Virus record (IMG/VR): IMGVR_UViG_3300024261_000028
Location: 1-64,000 of that record
Direction: 5' to 3' (one strand)
DNA length: 64,000 nucleotides
Origin: a virus
Below, piece by piece: positions 6,778 to 15,413 of this stretch; the first letter of the stretch is position 1, and every line of letters begins with the position of its first letter. Below the pieces are notes generated by a model. The model saw nothing but the letters and a program-made list of their open reading frames with translations. It did no database searches and was not told the origin of the DNA. The position numbers were made by a program, and so were the translations under genes.

Positions 6778-7482
6778 ATTACAATGGTTAGTTCAAACAC
6801 ACTTACCAAAAGAGTTGGTAAGTTAGAAACCATAGCTGAGTCCATATTAGCTTCTAATGAAGAAGCATTGGATCGAAGTGCAAAGAATAGTGAGTTGGTT
6901 AGTGGATTACATGAAAGTGTAAGCAAATTGACAGCATTATTTATAGAAGCACAACAGAATACCCCTGTTGAAGAAGTTGCAACAGTAAAGGCACAACAAC
7001 CGATAGTCAAGCCAGAAGCACAAATATACAACTACCAAACAAGTGCTATAACAAACACGGTAGTAGAAAAAGTAGAGGCACAACCAATAGGTTGTTTTGC
7101 TGTATTGACAGCATTAGTAAAACAACATGGTGTTGGAAAGAATGGTCTTAGTGTGTCAGCTCCACATATTAAGAAAGATGGAAGCATTGGAAAGAGTTAT
7201 ATCTTGAATATGCCACGAATTGATGAGAATTTTGATCTCGTTGATAAAAGCAAAACCATGCCTCAAAGAAAGGAACAGGCAAAGCAATTATGGAAAACAG
7301 TTGCTTTCAACACGTTTACCTTCACAGGTAAATACTTCCAAGCAGGAAAAGGTAGTGTATTCACAACCTACATCAAACAGGCTAACGAACCTGAGATGAT
7401 TCGATTCCTAGAGGGATTGAAAGTGCATATACCACAAAAAGACCACAGGTTGCAAGAGGTTAGTGAGGAGAAATCCTCTTGA
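6772..7482 (+). CDS. hypothetical protein (236 aa from ATG 6772; alternative ATG 6784)
   Basis: ORF track 6712..7482, but its first 20 codons cover the tandem AT-rich repeat; ATG 6772 and 6784 lie in the conserved 28-mer; N-terminal coiled-coil-like region. Confidence 0.6.
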   Translation: MYITMVSSNTLTKRVGKLETIAESILASNEEALDRSAKNSELVSGLHESVSKLTALFIEAQQNTPVEEVATVKAQQPIVKPEAQIYNYQTSAITNTVVEKVEAQPIGCFAVLTALVKQHGVGKNGLSVSAPHIKKDGSIGKSYILNMPRIDENFDLVDKSKTMPQRKEQAKQLWKTVAFNTFTFTGKYFQAGKGSVFTTYIKQANEPEMIRFLEGLKVHIPQKDHRLQEVSEEKSS

Positions 7483-7934
7483 CCACTTTTTATAACCATA
7501 AAATAGATGGATTAGACGAATCTAGCAGATCAACTAGATTTGGAACGCCACAACTGACAGGTTATGAGGAAAATATAATCCCTAGAGGTATGCAATCGAA
7601 TACAAGATATGAGGGTGTTCCTGATTGTCCTGTTGATATAGATACGATTGAATATGTTGAAAAGAAACATGGTAGAACTATTAAGAATCTCCCCCGAGAG
7701 ATACAAGATGTCTTGAAAGAAGATGAATTGTATGGAAAAAAGACATTAGTTACTAATAGAATGATGAAACCATATATTAGTGGCAAGGTCAATAAGGGAG
7801 AGATAACATTAGCACAAGCGAATGATAACCCAAATAATTTCATATATTGGAATACCGTTTACAAGGGTTTGAGATGGGAACGGTTGCTATATATATGTGG
7901 AAAATGGGGAGTAAAACTCGTTAAGTTAGAGTAA
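7479..7934 (+). CDS. hypothetical protein (151 aa)
   Basis: ORF track; ATGA-type overlap with the upstream gene. Confidence 0.6.
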   Translation: MTTFYNHKIDGLDESSRSTRFGTPQLTGYEENIIPRGMQSNTRYEGVPDCPVDIDTIEYVEKKHGRTIKNLPREIQDVLKEDELYGKKTLVTNRMMKPYISGKVNKGEITLAQANDNPNNFIYWNTVYKGLRWERLLYICGKWGVKLVKLE

Positions 7935-8206
7935 CTCCCCTTTATTTATTAGAAGCACAAATTACGAGAAAAGTGTCATTGGGTATTGAAAACGTGATGA
8001 GGTTTGATATTGCCGTTTGTCTATATTTTTTTATAATATAGAGACATGGCAAACAGATGTATTCTTCCTGCTTTCATAGTATCACTCATTTAAGGAATCA
8101 CGCCATGACCAATATAAATAAACATATTAAGAGGTGATAAAATGAAAATATTATTTACATTCAAGGGCAAAAAATTCAAAAGAAATGGTTGGAAACTATC
8201 TTTAAT

Positions 8207-8473
8207 ATGAAAGAAATAGACTATGATTATAACGTCAGGGTTGGCGATACACTAATAGTTGTAGAATCATATGATGATGATGTTGTTTGTCTTATAGGTA
8301 AGAGGCTAGAAGTAACTATTGTTGAAGAAGAAGAAGATGAAGAAGATGGGAGTGTAAGTATATGGTTGGCAACAATAGATACTGATAATTTTAAATATAC
8401 ATTTGAAATTGATATGCTTAAAGCTGTTGTTTATAGACCTGAATTTATATTTAATGAGAATATGTATGATTAA
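8207..8473 (+). CDS. hypothetical acidic protein (88 aa from ATG 8207; track start 8189)
   Basis: ORF track; ATG 8207 overlaps the stop of a 23-aa mini-ORF (8143..8211) that has a GAGGTGAT RBS; ends ...NMYD-stop inside cassette copy B. Confidence 0.55.
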   Translation: MKEIDYDYNVRVGDTLIVVESYDDDVVCLIGKRLEVTIVEEEEDEEDGSVSIWLATIDTDNFKYTFEIDMLKAVVYRPEFIFNENMYD

Positions 8474-8628
8474 TATATATCATTAACACATACAACCGAT
8501 CGGTTTATTAACCCCGAACACGAAAACTCGTTGTGAATTTCGAGTTTTTCGAGATTTAATTTATTTGTTTTATTTTTATAATATTAAATATTTTTTTTAA
8601 AAATACATTGAAAATGTATATTACAATG
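8461..8628 (+). repeat. duplicated intergenic cassette, copy B
   Basis: See 6601..6786; identical 28-mer at 8601..8628; palindrome at 8603..8619. Confidence 0.75.
8482..8553 (+). repeat. conserved promoter-like element, copy 5
   Basis: ATTAACACATACAACCGATCGG-TTTATTAA-CCCCGAACACGAAAACTCGTTGTGAATTTCGAGTTTTTCGAG; contains 8-bp inverted repeat AAAACTCG...CGAGTTTT. Confidence 0.55.
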
Positions 8629-8721
8629 AACATGATTGACAAAATGTCCATACAAGCAACATTACAAAGCACTATTTTTACAAGATGTGTGAGTGATGAT
8701 GTTATAGGAGTTATGAATTGA
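8614..8721 (+). CDS. hypothetical mini-protein (35 aa)
   Basis: Own reading: MYITMNMIDKMSIQATLQSTIFTRCVSDDVIGVMN; first 5 codons identical at nucleotide level to those of gene 6772. Confidence 0.35.
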   Translation: MYITMNMIDKMSIQATLQSTIFTRCVSDDVIGVMN

Positions 8722-8794
8722 AAGTAATAACTCAACTATCCGACACAGAATACAGCAGTATATTTATTGAATATGCTGATGAGGTAGATGAAGA

Positions 8795-9145
8795 ATGAAA
8801 GTGAATGACAAAATAGAAGCAAAAATAGAGGCAGGTGTAAACATGGTAAAATGGGCTAAATCAGGTAAATCCAAAGCGTTTATGTGGGAAGAATTGGGTA
8901 GAATGGGATTTAGTGAAAGAGAAAGAGTGGATATAGCCGAAACAGTTAATGGATTCATGTTACACAAAAGAGGAGATCATAGTAAATGTCCTCCTATGTG
9001 TGGTCAGGTAGAATCATTGGCAAAAGAGTTTGATGGTATGGATAGAGAACCATCAGTTCAAGAATGTGCTGACGCAATAGAAAGACGTCATAAACTACAT
9101 GACAGCAACACATTCTCAGATGACATAAAAGAGGAGTGGAAGTAA
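8795..9145 (+). CDS. hypothetical protein (116 aa)
   Basis: ORF track; antisense ORF 8764..8967 rejected. Confidence 0.6.
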   Translation: MKVNDKIEAKIEAGVNMVKWAKSGKSKAFMWEELGRMGFSERERVDIAETVNGFMLHKRGDHSKCPPMCGQVESLAKEFDGMDREPSVQECADAIERRHKLHDSNTFSDDIKEEWK

Positions 9146-9253
9146 TGGTTCATTGGCATTGTGAAAACAGGGGTTATCTAATTAATGCAGTACACCCCAA
9201 CAATCCTGCCGTTGATACATGGAAAACCGACCACCCAATACACTATATATTAA

Positions 9254-9469
9254 ATGGAGTCAAAGATGAAGATTAAAATAAATGAGAGCAAGTTAGGCAA
9301 AGTTAAGTATAAGATGTGTTCTAAATGTGATAGAGATATAACTGTCAATGTGTGTGCATTACATACATCTAGCAAGGCAACACAAGAGTGTTATCATTGT
9401 CATCTACAAGAAGCACATATGGTTGAATGGACAGAAGATAAAGGGAGTGATATTGTTGAAACTAAATGA
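9254..9469 (+). CDS. zinc-ribbon protein (71 aa; possibly starts at ATG 9266)
   Basis: ORF track; CSKCDRD...CYHC. Confidence 0.5.
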   Translation: MESKMKIKINESKLGKVKYKMCSKCDRDITVNVCALHTSSKATQECYHCHLQEAHMVEWTEDKGSDIVETK

Positions 9470-10157
9470 TAAAGAAAAAGACAACATATTAAAATGCACT
9501 AAAGAGATACAAAGTGCATTGTTTAGAGGACATGATCCTAGTGAAACATTCAAAAAACTAAGGGCTAAATATTCTGATAAAGAAATACAGGCGTCTATGG
9601 CATTGTTGGAACAATCAAGAGATAATGCCAATAGTCCTAAAAACCTGATATCAAAATGTATCAACAGATGTATGAGTCAAGTTGACAAGACTAAGATGAA
9701 TATGGCAGGTGATGGCACTATGACAGTTGATATATTCTATGAGGTTTGTGAGGAAGCCTACAAGATATTTATGAATGACGAGTTTGGCAGGGCTATGCCT
9801 ATTGTATTTGTATTTGTCGAGGGCAACAAGACATTGGGTGTGATACCTATTGAAACAGATGATGATACTCATAGCCCTATGGATTATCTTAAAGAGATAG
9901 TATATCAAGAAAAGCCTGACGCCTATTGTTTTTGTGGTGAGGGATCTATGAACGCTAATGTTGAGAAAGCTGAACACATATATGGTGATATTATTAATGA
10001 TCCCTCGTCAAAAGATATTGTTATAATGCAAGGAAATACCAAACGTGGTGATATACCTTTCCATAAGATGTTTGATATAGAGGGTGAAATGGGCAAACTT
10101 TTGTTCAAAAAGATAGATATAAGTGCAGATAACATGGAGAGTGATAAATTACCATGA
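9447..10157 (+). CDS. hypothetical protein (about 236 aa; track ORF starts at 9348)
   Basis: ORF track 9348..10157; its 5' part overlaps 9254..9469 in another frame; GTG 9447 and TTG 9453/9456 follow a GGGAG RBS-like motif. Confidence 0.55.
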   Translation: MILLKLNDKEKDNILKCTKEIQSALFRGHDPSETFKKLRAKYSDKEIQASMALLEQSRDNANSPKNLISKCINRCMSQVDKTKMNMAGDGTMTVDIFYEVCEEAYKIFMNDEFGRAMPIVFVFVEGNKTLGVIPIETDDDTHSPMDYLKEIVYQEKPDAYCFCGEGSMNANVEKAEHIYGDIINDPSSKDIVIMQGNTKRGDIPFHKMFDIEGEMGKLLFKKIDISADNMESDKLP

Positions 10158-10558
10158 TAGATGAAAGAGATATGACAGATGATGAAATAGAAGCCATGAA
10201 AAAGATAATAGAAGGCAAAGGATATGAGGCTATGATGGGATCTGTAAGTAAAATGCGTATGCAATCATATAAGACATTTTATGCTTGGTATGAGAACAAA
10301 ACAGGCATGACTAAACATCAAATAAATGAAATATTAGTAGATAAAGGCATAGATGATTATAACAACGTCATAAGACCATCTGTTAGATGTAAAACAATAC
10401 AAGATGTTCTTGAAGATTTTAAAGATGAAATAGAAATGACATTCGTTGATTGTGTGGGAGCTATGCAAGATAGAGGATTCATGGTATTAATAAAAGAGGA
10501 ATTGGGTTTGGATAATGCAGTAGATTTCTTAGATCATATGGGTGTAGACAATGATTAA
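10154..10558 (+). CDS. hypothetical protein (134 aa)
   Basis: ORF track; ATGA overlap upstream. Confidence 0.6.
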   Translation: MIDERDMTDDEIEAMKKIIEGKGYEAMMGSVSKMRMQSYKTFYAWYENKTGMTKHQINEILVDKGIDDYNNVIRPSVRCKTIQDVLEDFKDEIEMTFVDCVGAMQDRGFMVLIKEELGLDNAVDFLDHMGVDND

Positions 10559-10802
10559 ATGTCCTGTCGACAAAAAACACACGGTCAAATCAACCGATAA
10601 CAACGACAGATTTGATTCATACTACTGTGTGAGATGTGGACATTTTCTATACGAGGCTACAACCCATGACAAAGTTGTGCAACAATCCCCAGCAACGTTG
10701 CATGACAACTATGAAACCATTGAGAAATTCCAAGAGAACATATATGATGAGGAAGCGTTACAACTGATGTGTTCTGAAGCTCAACGACTCTTTAGTAGAT
10801 GA
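10551..10802 (+). CDS. hypothetical protein with zinc-ribbon-like motif (83 aa)
   Basis: ORF track; CPVDKKH...YYCVRCGH. Confidence 0.55.
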   Translation: MIKCPVDKKHTVKSTDNNDRFDSYYCVRCGHFLYEATTHDKVVQQSPATLHDNYETIEKFQENIYDEEALQLMCSEAQRLFSR

Positions 10803-10835
10803 GGAACTACTCTTAAAACCCTTGCAACACCCATT

Positions 10836-10867
10836 CCCCATGATGTTACGTGCTTGTCGTCATGGGG
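10836..10867. other. hairpin downstream of gene 10551..10802
   Basis: CCCCATGA (10836..10843) and TCATGGGG (10860..10867), 8-bp perfect inverted repeat with 16-nt loop. Confidence 0.4.
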
Positions 10868-11086
10868 AGTGGAATTATATGTCAAAGAACGTAGATACGT
10901 CATGGCATTGATAGTAAATGGTTAAACTAGATAAATGCAGTTTTAATTGTTGGTGTAAACCTAAGGTTATAATGAACGAATATAATAGAGATTACATATT
11001 TGATATGGTGTCTAATATGTCAAAAATGAAATGGAACAATGTTGATCATTTCTTTATAAAAGAATTGGAATTTATGGTGAATAATA

Positions 11087-11344
11087 GTGGATAATAATTG
11101 GGAACGAAACAAAGACAGAATACATGATCGCATAATGGAATTTAATCCTGTATGTATAAAATGTAATTATAAACTAGGTCATCTAGTAGCTCAAATTAAT
11201 GGGTTATTGTGTCCTAAATGTAAGTATAACATGGTAGATAGTGCCTGTCAGCAGATTGATTTACATTTTAAGGGATATAATGTTCCCCCTGAACTAATTA
11301 AGATGTTTAAGAAGGGCATTAGAGAAGATGCAACAAAGATGTGA
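11087..11344 (+). CDS. zinc-ribbon protein (85 aa)
   Basis: ORF track (GTG start); CIKCNYKLG...CPKCKYN. Confidence 0.55.
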   Translation: MDNNWERNKDRIHDRIMEFNPVCIKCNYKLGHLVAQINGLLCPKCKYNMVDSACQQIDLHFKGYNVPPELIKMFKKGIREDATKM

Positions 11345-11350
11345 TGATAA

Positions 11351-11545
11351 ATGGCAAGAAGAATAGACACAGAAACAGGTATGAAACTGCCTAAAAGCGA
11401 TAGCAAACGTACTTGGAGAAGATGGAAAGACGCAGGTTCTAGCAGGGAACGCAACAATCTTAGATTCCTGAAACGTTTAAGGATATTCGCAAAGAAATTC
11501 GGTTTGTCCAAAGAACAGGCAGATGAATTTAGTTACACAGGGTAG
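11351..11545 (+). CDS. hypothetical basic protein (64 aa)
   Basis: ORF track; Arg/Lys-rich. Confidence 0.5.
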   Translation: MARRIDTETGMKLPKSDSKRTWRRWKDAGSSRERNNLRFLKRLRIFAKKFGLSKEQADEFSYTG

Positions 11546-11575
11546 GGTAAAAACCCCATTCTGTACTTTTTAATT

Positions 11576-12136
11576 ATGCAAACACAAAAAGAAGGTTATA
11601 GGACATGGAAACCTGACGTAATAGTTAGGGGAAAAGGTGTAGGTTGGGGACAACCTAGCAACTGGTATAGACAGGTTGGTGATGACTATGGTAAAGTCCC
11701 ATTGATCGCCAAGTTTAGACCTAGTGGGTGGAGTAAATCTTATGAATATGAAGTCATCTTCAAAGACATAAGAAGTAGTTCTGATAAGTTTGAATTACAG
11801 TTCAATCTTAATAGAACTACTGATAGTGGTTCTGTATTGTCATCTAAAAAGATATTGTCAATGTCAACAACAGTTCAACCTAAAACTTGTCCGTTCTGTT
11901 CAAATTCGGTAATATATGACGAATCTAATAAAAGGTGGGTATGCTCACAAAAGGAAACTTGTCAGTTCAATTATTCTCCTCAAACATGTAAGTTGATGTT
12001 TGAAGAATTTAAGGATATGGGTGAAATTAATCATGAAAACTCAAGAAGTATATTCTCTAACTTTCATTCGTTAGGCAACCTAGGTATTTATGGTGATATG
12101 AATATAAAGCAGGAGATTTTTAATTATAATGAATAG
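11576..12136 (+). CDS. hypothetical protein with internal zinc ribbon (186 aa)
   Basis: ORF track; CPFCSN...CSQKETC. Confidence 0.6.
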   Translation: MQTQKEGYRTWKPDVIVRGKGVGWGQPSNWYRQVGDDYGKVPLIAKFRPSGWSKSYEYEVIFKDIRSSSDKFELQFNLNRTTDSGSVLSSKKILSMSTTVQPKTCPFCSNSVIYDESNKRWVCSQKETCQFNYSPQTCKLMFEEFKDMGEINHENSRSIFSNFHSLGNLGIYGDMNIKQEIFNYNE

Positions 12137-12202
12137 TGTAAACTGTTTTAATAGAACAGCAATTTTCAGGGGATTGTTTGTAGTTCCTCTTGGAGAATTG
12201 TT

Positions 12203-13111
12203 ATGAGTACAAAAAATATAGAAATTGGTGGACAAATACCAACAGTTCCTATTAACTATGATTTGTACAAGCCAATAAGATTTGGCAAATATGTTCCAAT
12301 GGGGAATGAGTTGGATATGCTGGAATCTGCAATAGATAACGGATTGCCGTTTCTCATGGAAGGTGAAAAAGGTATAGGTAAGACTATGGCAGTAACGGAA
12401 GTATGTGCAAAAACAGATACTTCTATGGTGTCATTCAGTTGCAGTTCAGGAACTACAATGGGAGATATATTGGGTAGAGAACATTTATACAATGGTAACT
12501 CGGTATTTCAACTAGGTGTATTGCCAATAGCTATAATGGCAGCTAATAATGCAAAAAATAAGCGTGGTATATTGTATCTTGACGAATTGAACGCATTAGA
12601 TCCTGAAATTCAGAAGATGTTGAACCCTGTTATTGATGACAGGAGATGTATAGTTGTTAATAACCAACTGTATATGTTGAAAGAGGGAGTGAAGTTCACT
12701 ATTGTTGCAACTCAGAACCCAAGTTATTATGCAGGTGTCAATCCGTTGAATGAGGATTTGAGATCAAGATTTGTTGGTAAGGTCGTAGAATACCCAACAA
12801 CAAGTCAGATTGCCTCAGTAATTGATTGGACAGATATACCTGAAGAAACAGTTGGTCAACCTTTGCTATCGTTGGCAGTTGACACGTTGTCAATGAAAAA
12901 GGAATCCAAAGTAGATTATGTGATATCTGTAAGAGATATAGCATTGTTCACAAAACTATACAGGGCTTTCCTGAAAAACCCAAAGATGTCAGATCCAGAT
13001 CAGGCATTAATAATGGCTATTGAGTGTGGCATATTGATTAAATATGCTGACGCTGAAGAAAGGGAAGTCGTGAGAGCTAGGGCTCAAGATACGTTTGGAG
13101 TCAACGTATAA
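12203..13111 (+). CDS. AAA+ ATPase, MoxR/CobS-like (AAA_5 type)
   Basis: Walker A GEKGIGKTM, Walker B ILYLDELN, sensor region VATQNP...LRSRF; followed by a VWA protein. Confidence 0.8.
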   Translation: MSTKNIEIGGQIPTVPINYDLYKPIRFGKYVPMGNELDMLESAIDNGLPFLMEGEKGIGKTMAVTEVCAKTDTSMVSFSCSSGTTMGDILGREHLYNGNSVFQLGVLPIAIMAANNAKNKRGILYLDELNALDPEIQKMLNPVIDDRRCIVVNNQLYMLKEGVKFTIVATQNPSYYAGVNPLNEDLRSRFVGKVVEYPTTSQIASVIDWTDIPEETVGQPLLSLAVDTLSMKKESKVDYVISVRDIALFTKLYRAFLKNPKMSDPDQALIMAIECGILIKYADAEEREVVRARAQDTFGVNV

Positions 13112-13133
13112 TTAGGTCGGAGGATAAATAGAA

Positions 13134-14981
13134 ATGGAAAAAGATAAGAACGTAATAGGCAAATCATTTGGTGATGAGGAAATATGGGATTATATTCCAA
13201 CTGAAACGGACTACAATGCTCACCCTGAGAAGATAGGTAGTGTGAATTGGCAGAATGGTAAGCCCGTTCTATCTTTCTCCTCTCTATGTGATAAGACCAA
13301 ATCGATATTTACTTCTGTCAAGGGAGTGCCAATAAACGTAACAGAACAAAATGGGGACAATTATATCTATAAGAGAGAAAACGAATACACGATAAACATA
13401 TCCAAAAAAGTAACAGCAGGGATAAATAGATATACAGCGTTCAACCATGAGTTAGGACACTACGCATTTGACAGTTTCAACAACCAATTCGGTTTACATA
13501 TAAACGAGGAATTGAAAGATATACCAATGGAACATCATGACAAGGCTATTGAAATATATAGAACCGTATTCAATATATTGGAAGATCAAAGAGTTGAATC
13601 GTTAATGGGAAAGATTTATCTCGGAACGGGAAAGAGATTTAAACAATCTAGGAAACGATTAGGTCAGATGAAACCAGAATCTCATAAGGCTAAAGATCCG
13701 TTAGACGCATTACATTGTGCAAGAGAATTTAGAGAGGATTCAATAACAAGAAGGTTTAAAGAAGCCGAGAATGTTATGGATAAAATTGCATTAAAAGATA
13801 GTGAAGCTAGTATAATATTGGCTAAACACTACATCAAAACAGTAGTAAATCCGTGGTTAAGAACACAGTTAAAGAACTTTGATAAGAAAGCTACTACACA
13901 ACAATCAATGAAGGAAGATCCTAACAAACCTATAACAGCAACTCCAAAATTTAACAAAGCATTTAAAAACGCATTTGTGGAAAACAGAAAATGTGATCAT
14001 AGGGAGTTATCTGATACAGATGAACTTGATTCACTTGAAGATACTAAGAAAAGAGTTGAAGCATCAAAACTAAGTATGGAAGATGTATTAAAAGCCTCAC
14101 AGAATAATGCAAAAGGAAAGATAAGTGCAATCAAAGATAAAATAGAACAAGAAGCAAGAAAGGCAAAGGTTAGTAGTGCAGTATTGAACAAAGCAGTAAG
14201 GGAATACTTTGGTAATGAGGTAAATGAATCTTTTACCAATATAAACCCAGATATGAGAGTTGCACAACAACTTAACAAGATATTTAAACTGCTTCAGGCA
14301 AACCAGAAACCAAAATTGTCTGATACGGGGGATTCATTGTCAATACCTGCCGTTATTAGAAGAATGGCAAGAGGATATGGTGATATACATGTCAAACAAT
14401 CACCTAAAGACAGTTTGTCAATTCTTGTATCAATAGACGCAAGTGGATCTATGAGTGGAAGGGAAATAACTATTGCGAGAGATATGATGTCCACACTATA
14501 CAAATCAATACATGGTATTAACAATATAGAACTCAAAGGTGTTGTTTGGAGTGGTAGTGAGTATCATACAGCAGTATGTGAAGTTAGAAACATAAAAGAA
14601 ACACAAAGAATAGTTTGTTCAGGAGTGTTTGGTGGTGGAACACCTACACCAGCAGGTGTTGAATATTCTGAGAGAAAATTGGAAGAAATGAAAGGCAAGA
14701 AAAAACTATTGATAGTCATTACTGACGGTTATCCAAACAGTTATTCAAATAGTAATTTAACACCAGAACAAATGGTAAGGAAAGAGATAAACCGTGCAAA
14801 AAAGAAAGGCATAATGACAATGGGTATAGGTGTTGGTATAAGTGGAAATGATCGTAAAAGTGATCCAATGAATGTAATGTTCGGTCATAATGGCTACATA
14901 ACTACATATGATATGCAAGATACGCAAAATGTTGTAATCAAGAAGTTCAGGGATATAATAATCAAACAGATGAGGAGATGA
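13134..14981 (+). CDS. metallopeptidase-like (HExxH) plus von Willebrand factor A domain protein, CobT/DUF2201-like
   Basis: N-terminal FNHELGHYAFD and ILEDQRVES; C-terminal MIDAS VSIDASGSMSG and LIVITDGYPN; GGAGG RBS upstream. Confidence 0.75.
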   Translation: MEKDKNVIGKSFGDEEIWDYIPTETDYNAHPEKIGSVNWQNGKPVLSFSSLCDKTKSIFTSVKGVPINVTEQNGDNYIYKRENEYTINISKKVTAGINRYTAFNHELGHYAFDSFNNQFGLHINEELKDIPMEHHDKAIEIYRTVFNILEDQRVESLMGKIYLGTGKRFKQSRKRLGQMKPESHKAKDPLDALHCAREFREDSITRRFKEAENVMDKIALKDSEASIILAKHYIKTVVNPWLRTQLKNFDKKATTQQSMKEDPNKPITATPKFNKAFKNAFVENRKCDHRELSDTDELDSLEDTKKRVEASKLSMEDVLKASQNNAKGKISAIKDKIEQEARKAKVSSAVLNKAVREYFGNEVNESFTNINPDMRVAQQLNKIFKLLQANQKPKLSDTGDSLSIPAVIRRMARGYGDIHVKQSPKDSLSILVSIDASGSMSGREITIARDMMSTLYKSIHGINNIELKGVVWSGSEYHTAVCEVRNIKETQRIVCSGVFGGGTPTPAGVEYSERKLEEMKGKKKLLIVITDGYPNSYSNSNLTPEQMVRKEINRAKKKGIMTMGIGVGISGNDRKSDPMNVMFGHNGYITTYDMQDTQNVVIKKFRDIIIKQMRR

Positions 14982-15181
14982 TAAAAATGGGAATAAAAAT
15001 GAACGAATATAAACACAGTACAAGAAACAAAATCATTAAAGACATAATGAGATTGGAAAAAGAAGTCAGATTCATTCCTATTCATAGGGAAACCTTAGAA
15101 GAATTGGATTCTTGGACAGATGACAGATTGGCAAGATATATCTGGCAACTAGTGGAATTGAGGACACGTACAGGCGAATGA
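14978..15181 (+). CDS. hypothetical protein (67 aa)
   Basis: ORF track; ATGA overlap with the VWA gene. Confidence 0.5.
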   Translation: MIKMGIKMNEYKHSTRNKIIKDIMRLEKEVRFIPIHRETLEELDSWTDDRLARYIWQLVELRTRTGE

Positions 15182-15411
15182 CATATCTTATCAAATGCAA
15201 AGGAAGATGGTCAGTACATGGAAAGCAAGATTGTGCCGACAGATTTGAGCATATTGGGAAGTATGGCGACAAGAAACTTGTAGAACACCAAGAAAAAGAG
15301 AAAACACAAGATTGTAGACAACATTGGTGGACAGGGTTTGAGAATGACGAAAAGTTTGAACTCATGAAATCTAGTAAAAAGAAAACCAAAAGGGAAGAAT
15401 CAAAAATTTAA
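15178..15411 (+). CDS. hypothetical protein (77 aa)
   Basis: ORF track; ATGA overlap upstream. Confidence 0.5.
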   Translation: MTYLIKCKGRWSVHGKQDCADRFEHIGKYGDKKLVEHQEKEKTQDCRQHWWTGFENDEKFELMKSSKKKTKREESKI

Positions 15412-15413
15412 CT

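Larger units (their letters stand above)
6601..6786 (+). repeat. duplicated intergenic cassette, copy A (about 190 bp)
   Basis: Shares with 8461..8628: identical 16-mer TATGTATGATTAATAT at the start, the conserved TATA element, an AT-rich tract, and an identical 28-mer AAATACATTGAAAATGTATATTACAATG at the end (6759..6786). Confidence 0.75.

Noticed and set aside
7990-8060. Imperfect inverted repeat GTTTGTCTATAT...ATATAGAGACATGGCAAAC around a T7 run after gene 7479..7934
   Set aside because: The arms need a 7-nt bulge to pair. The T-run alone may act as an archaeal terminator, but the evidence is too weak for a feature call.
4587-8553. The five conserved ~70-bp repeats considered as a CRISPR array
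   Set aside because: Spacing is irregular, about 105-170 bp for the first three copies and then about 1.5-1.8 kb. The copies are imperfect and much longer than CRISPR repeats, and protein-coding genes lie between copies 3, 4 and 5. No cas genes are present other than a stand-alone Cas4-like nuclease typical of viruses.
9404-10264. Minus-strand ORFs 9404..9664, 9651..9977 and 9923..10264 opposite the plus-strand gene block
   Set aside because: They are antisense to a coherent chain of coupled plus-strand genes, and their translations are hydrophobic and low-complexity.
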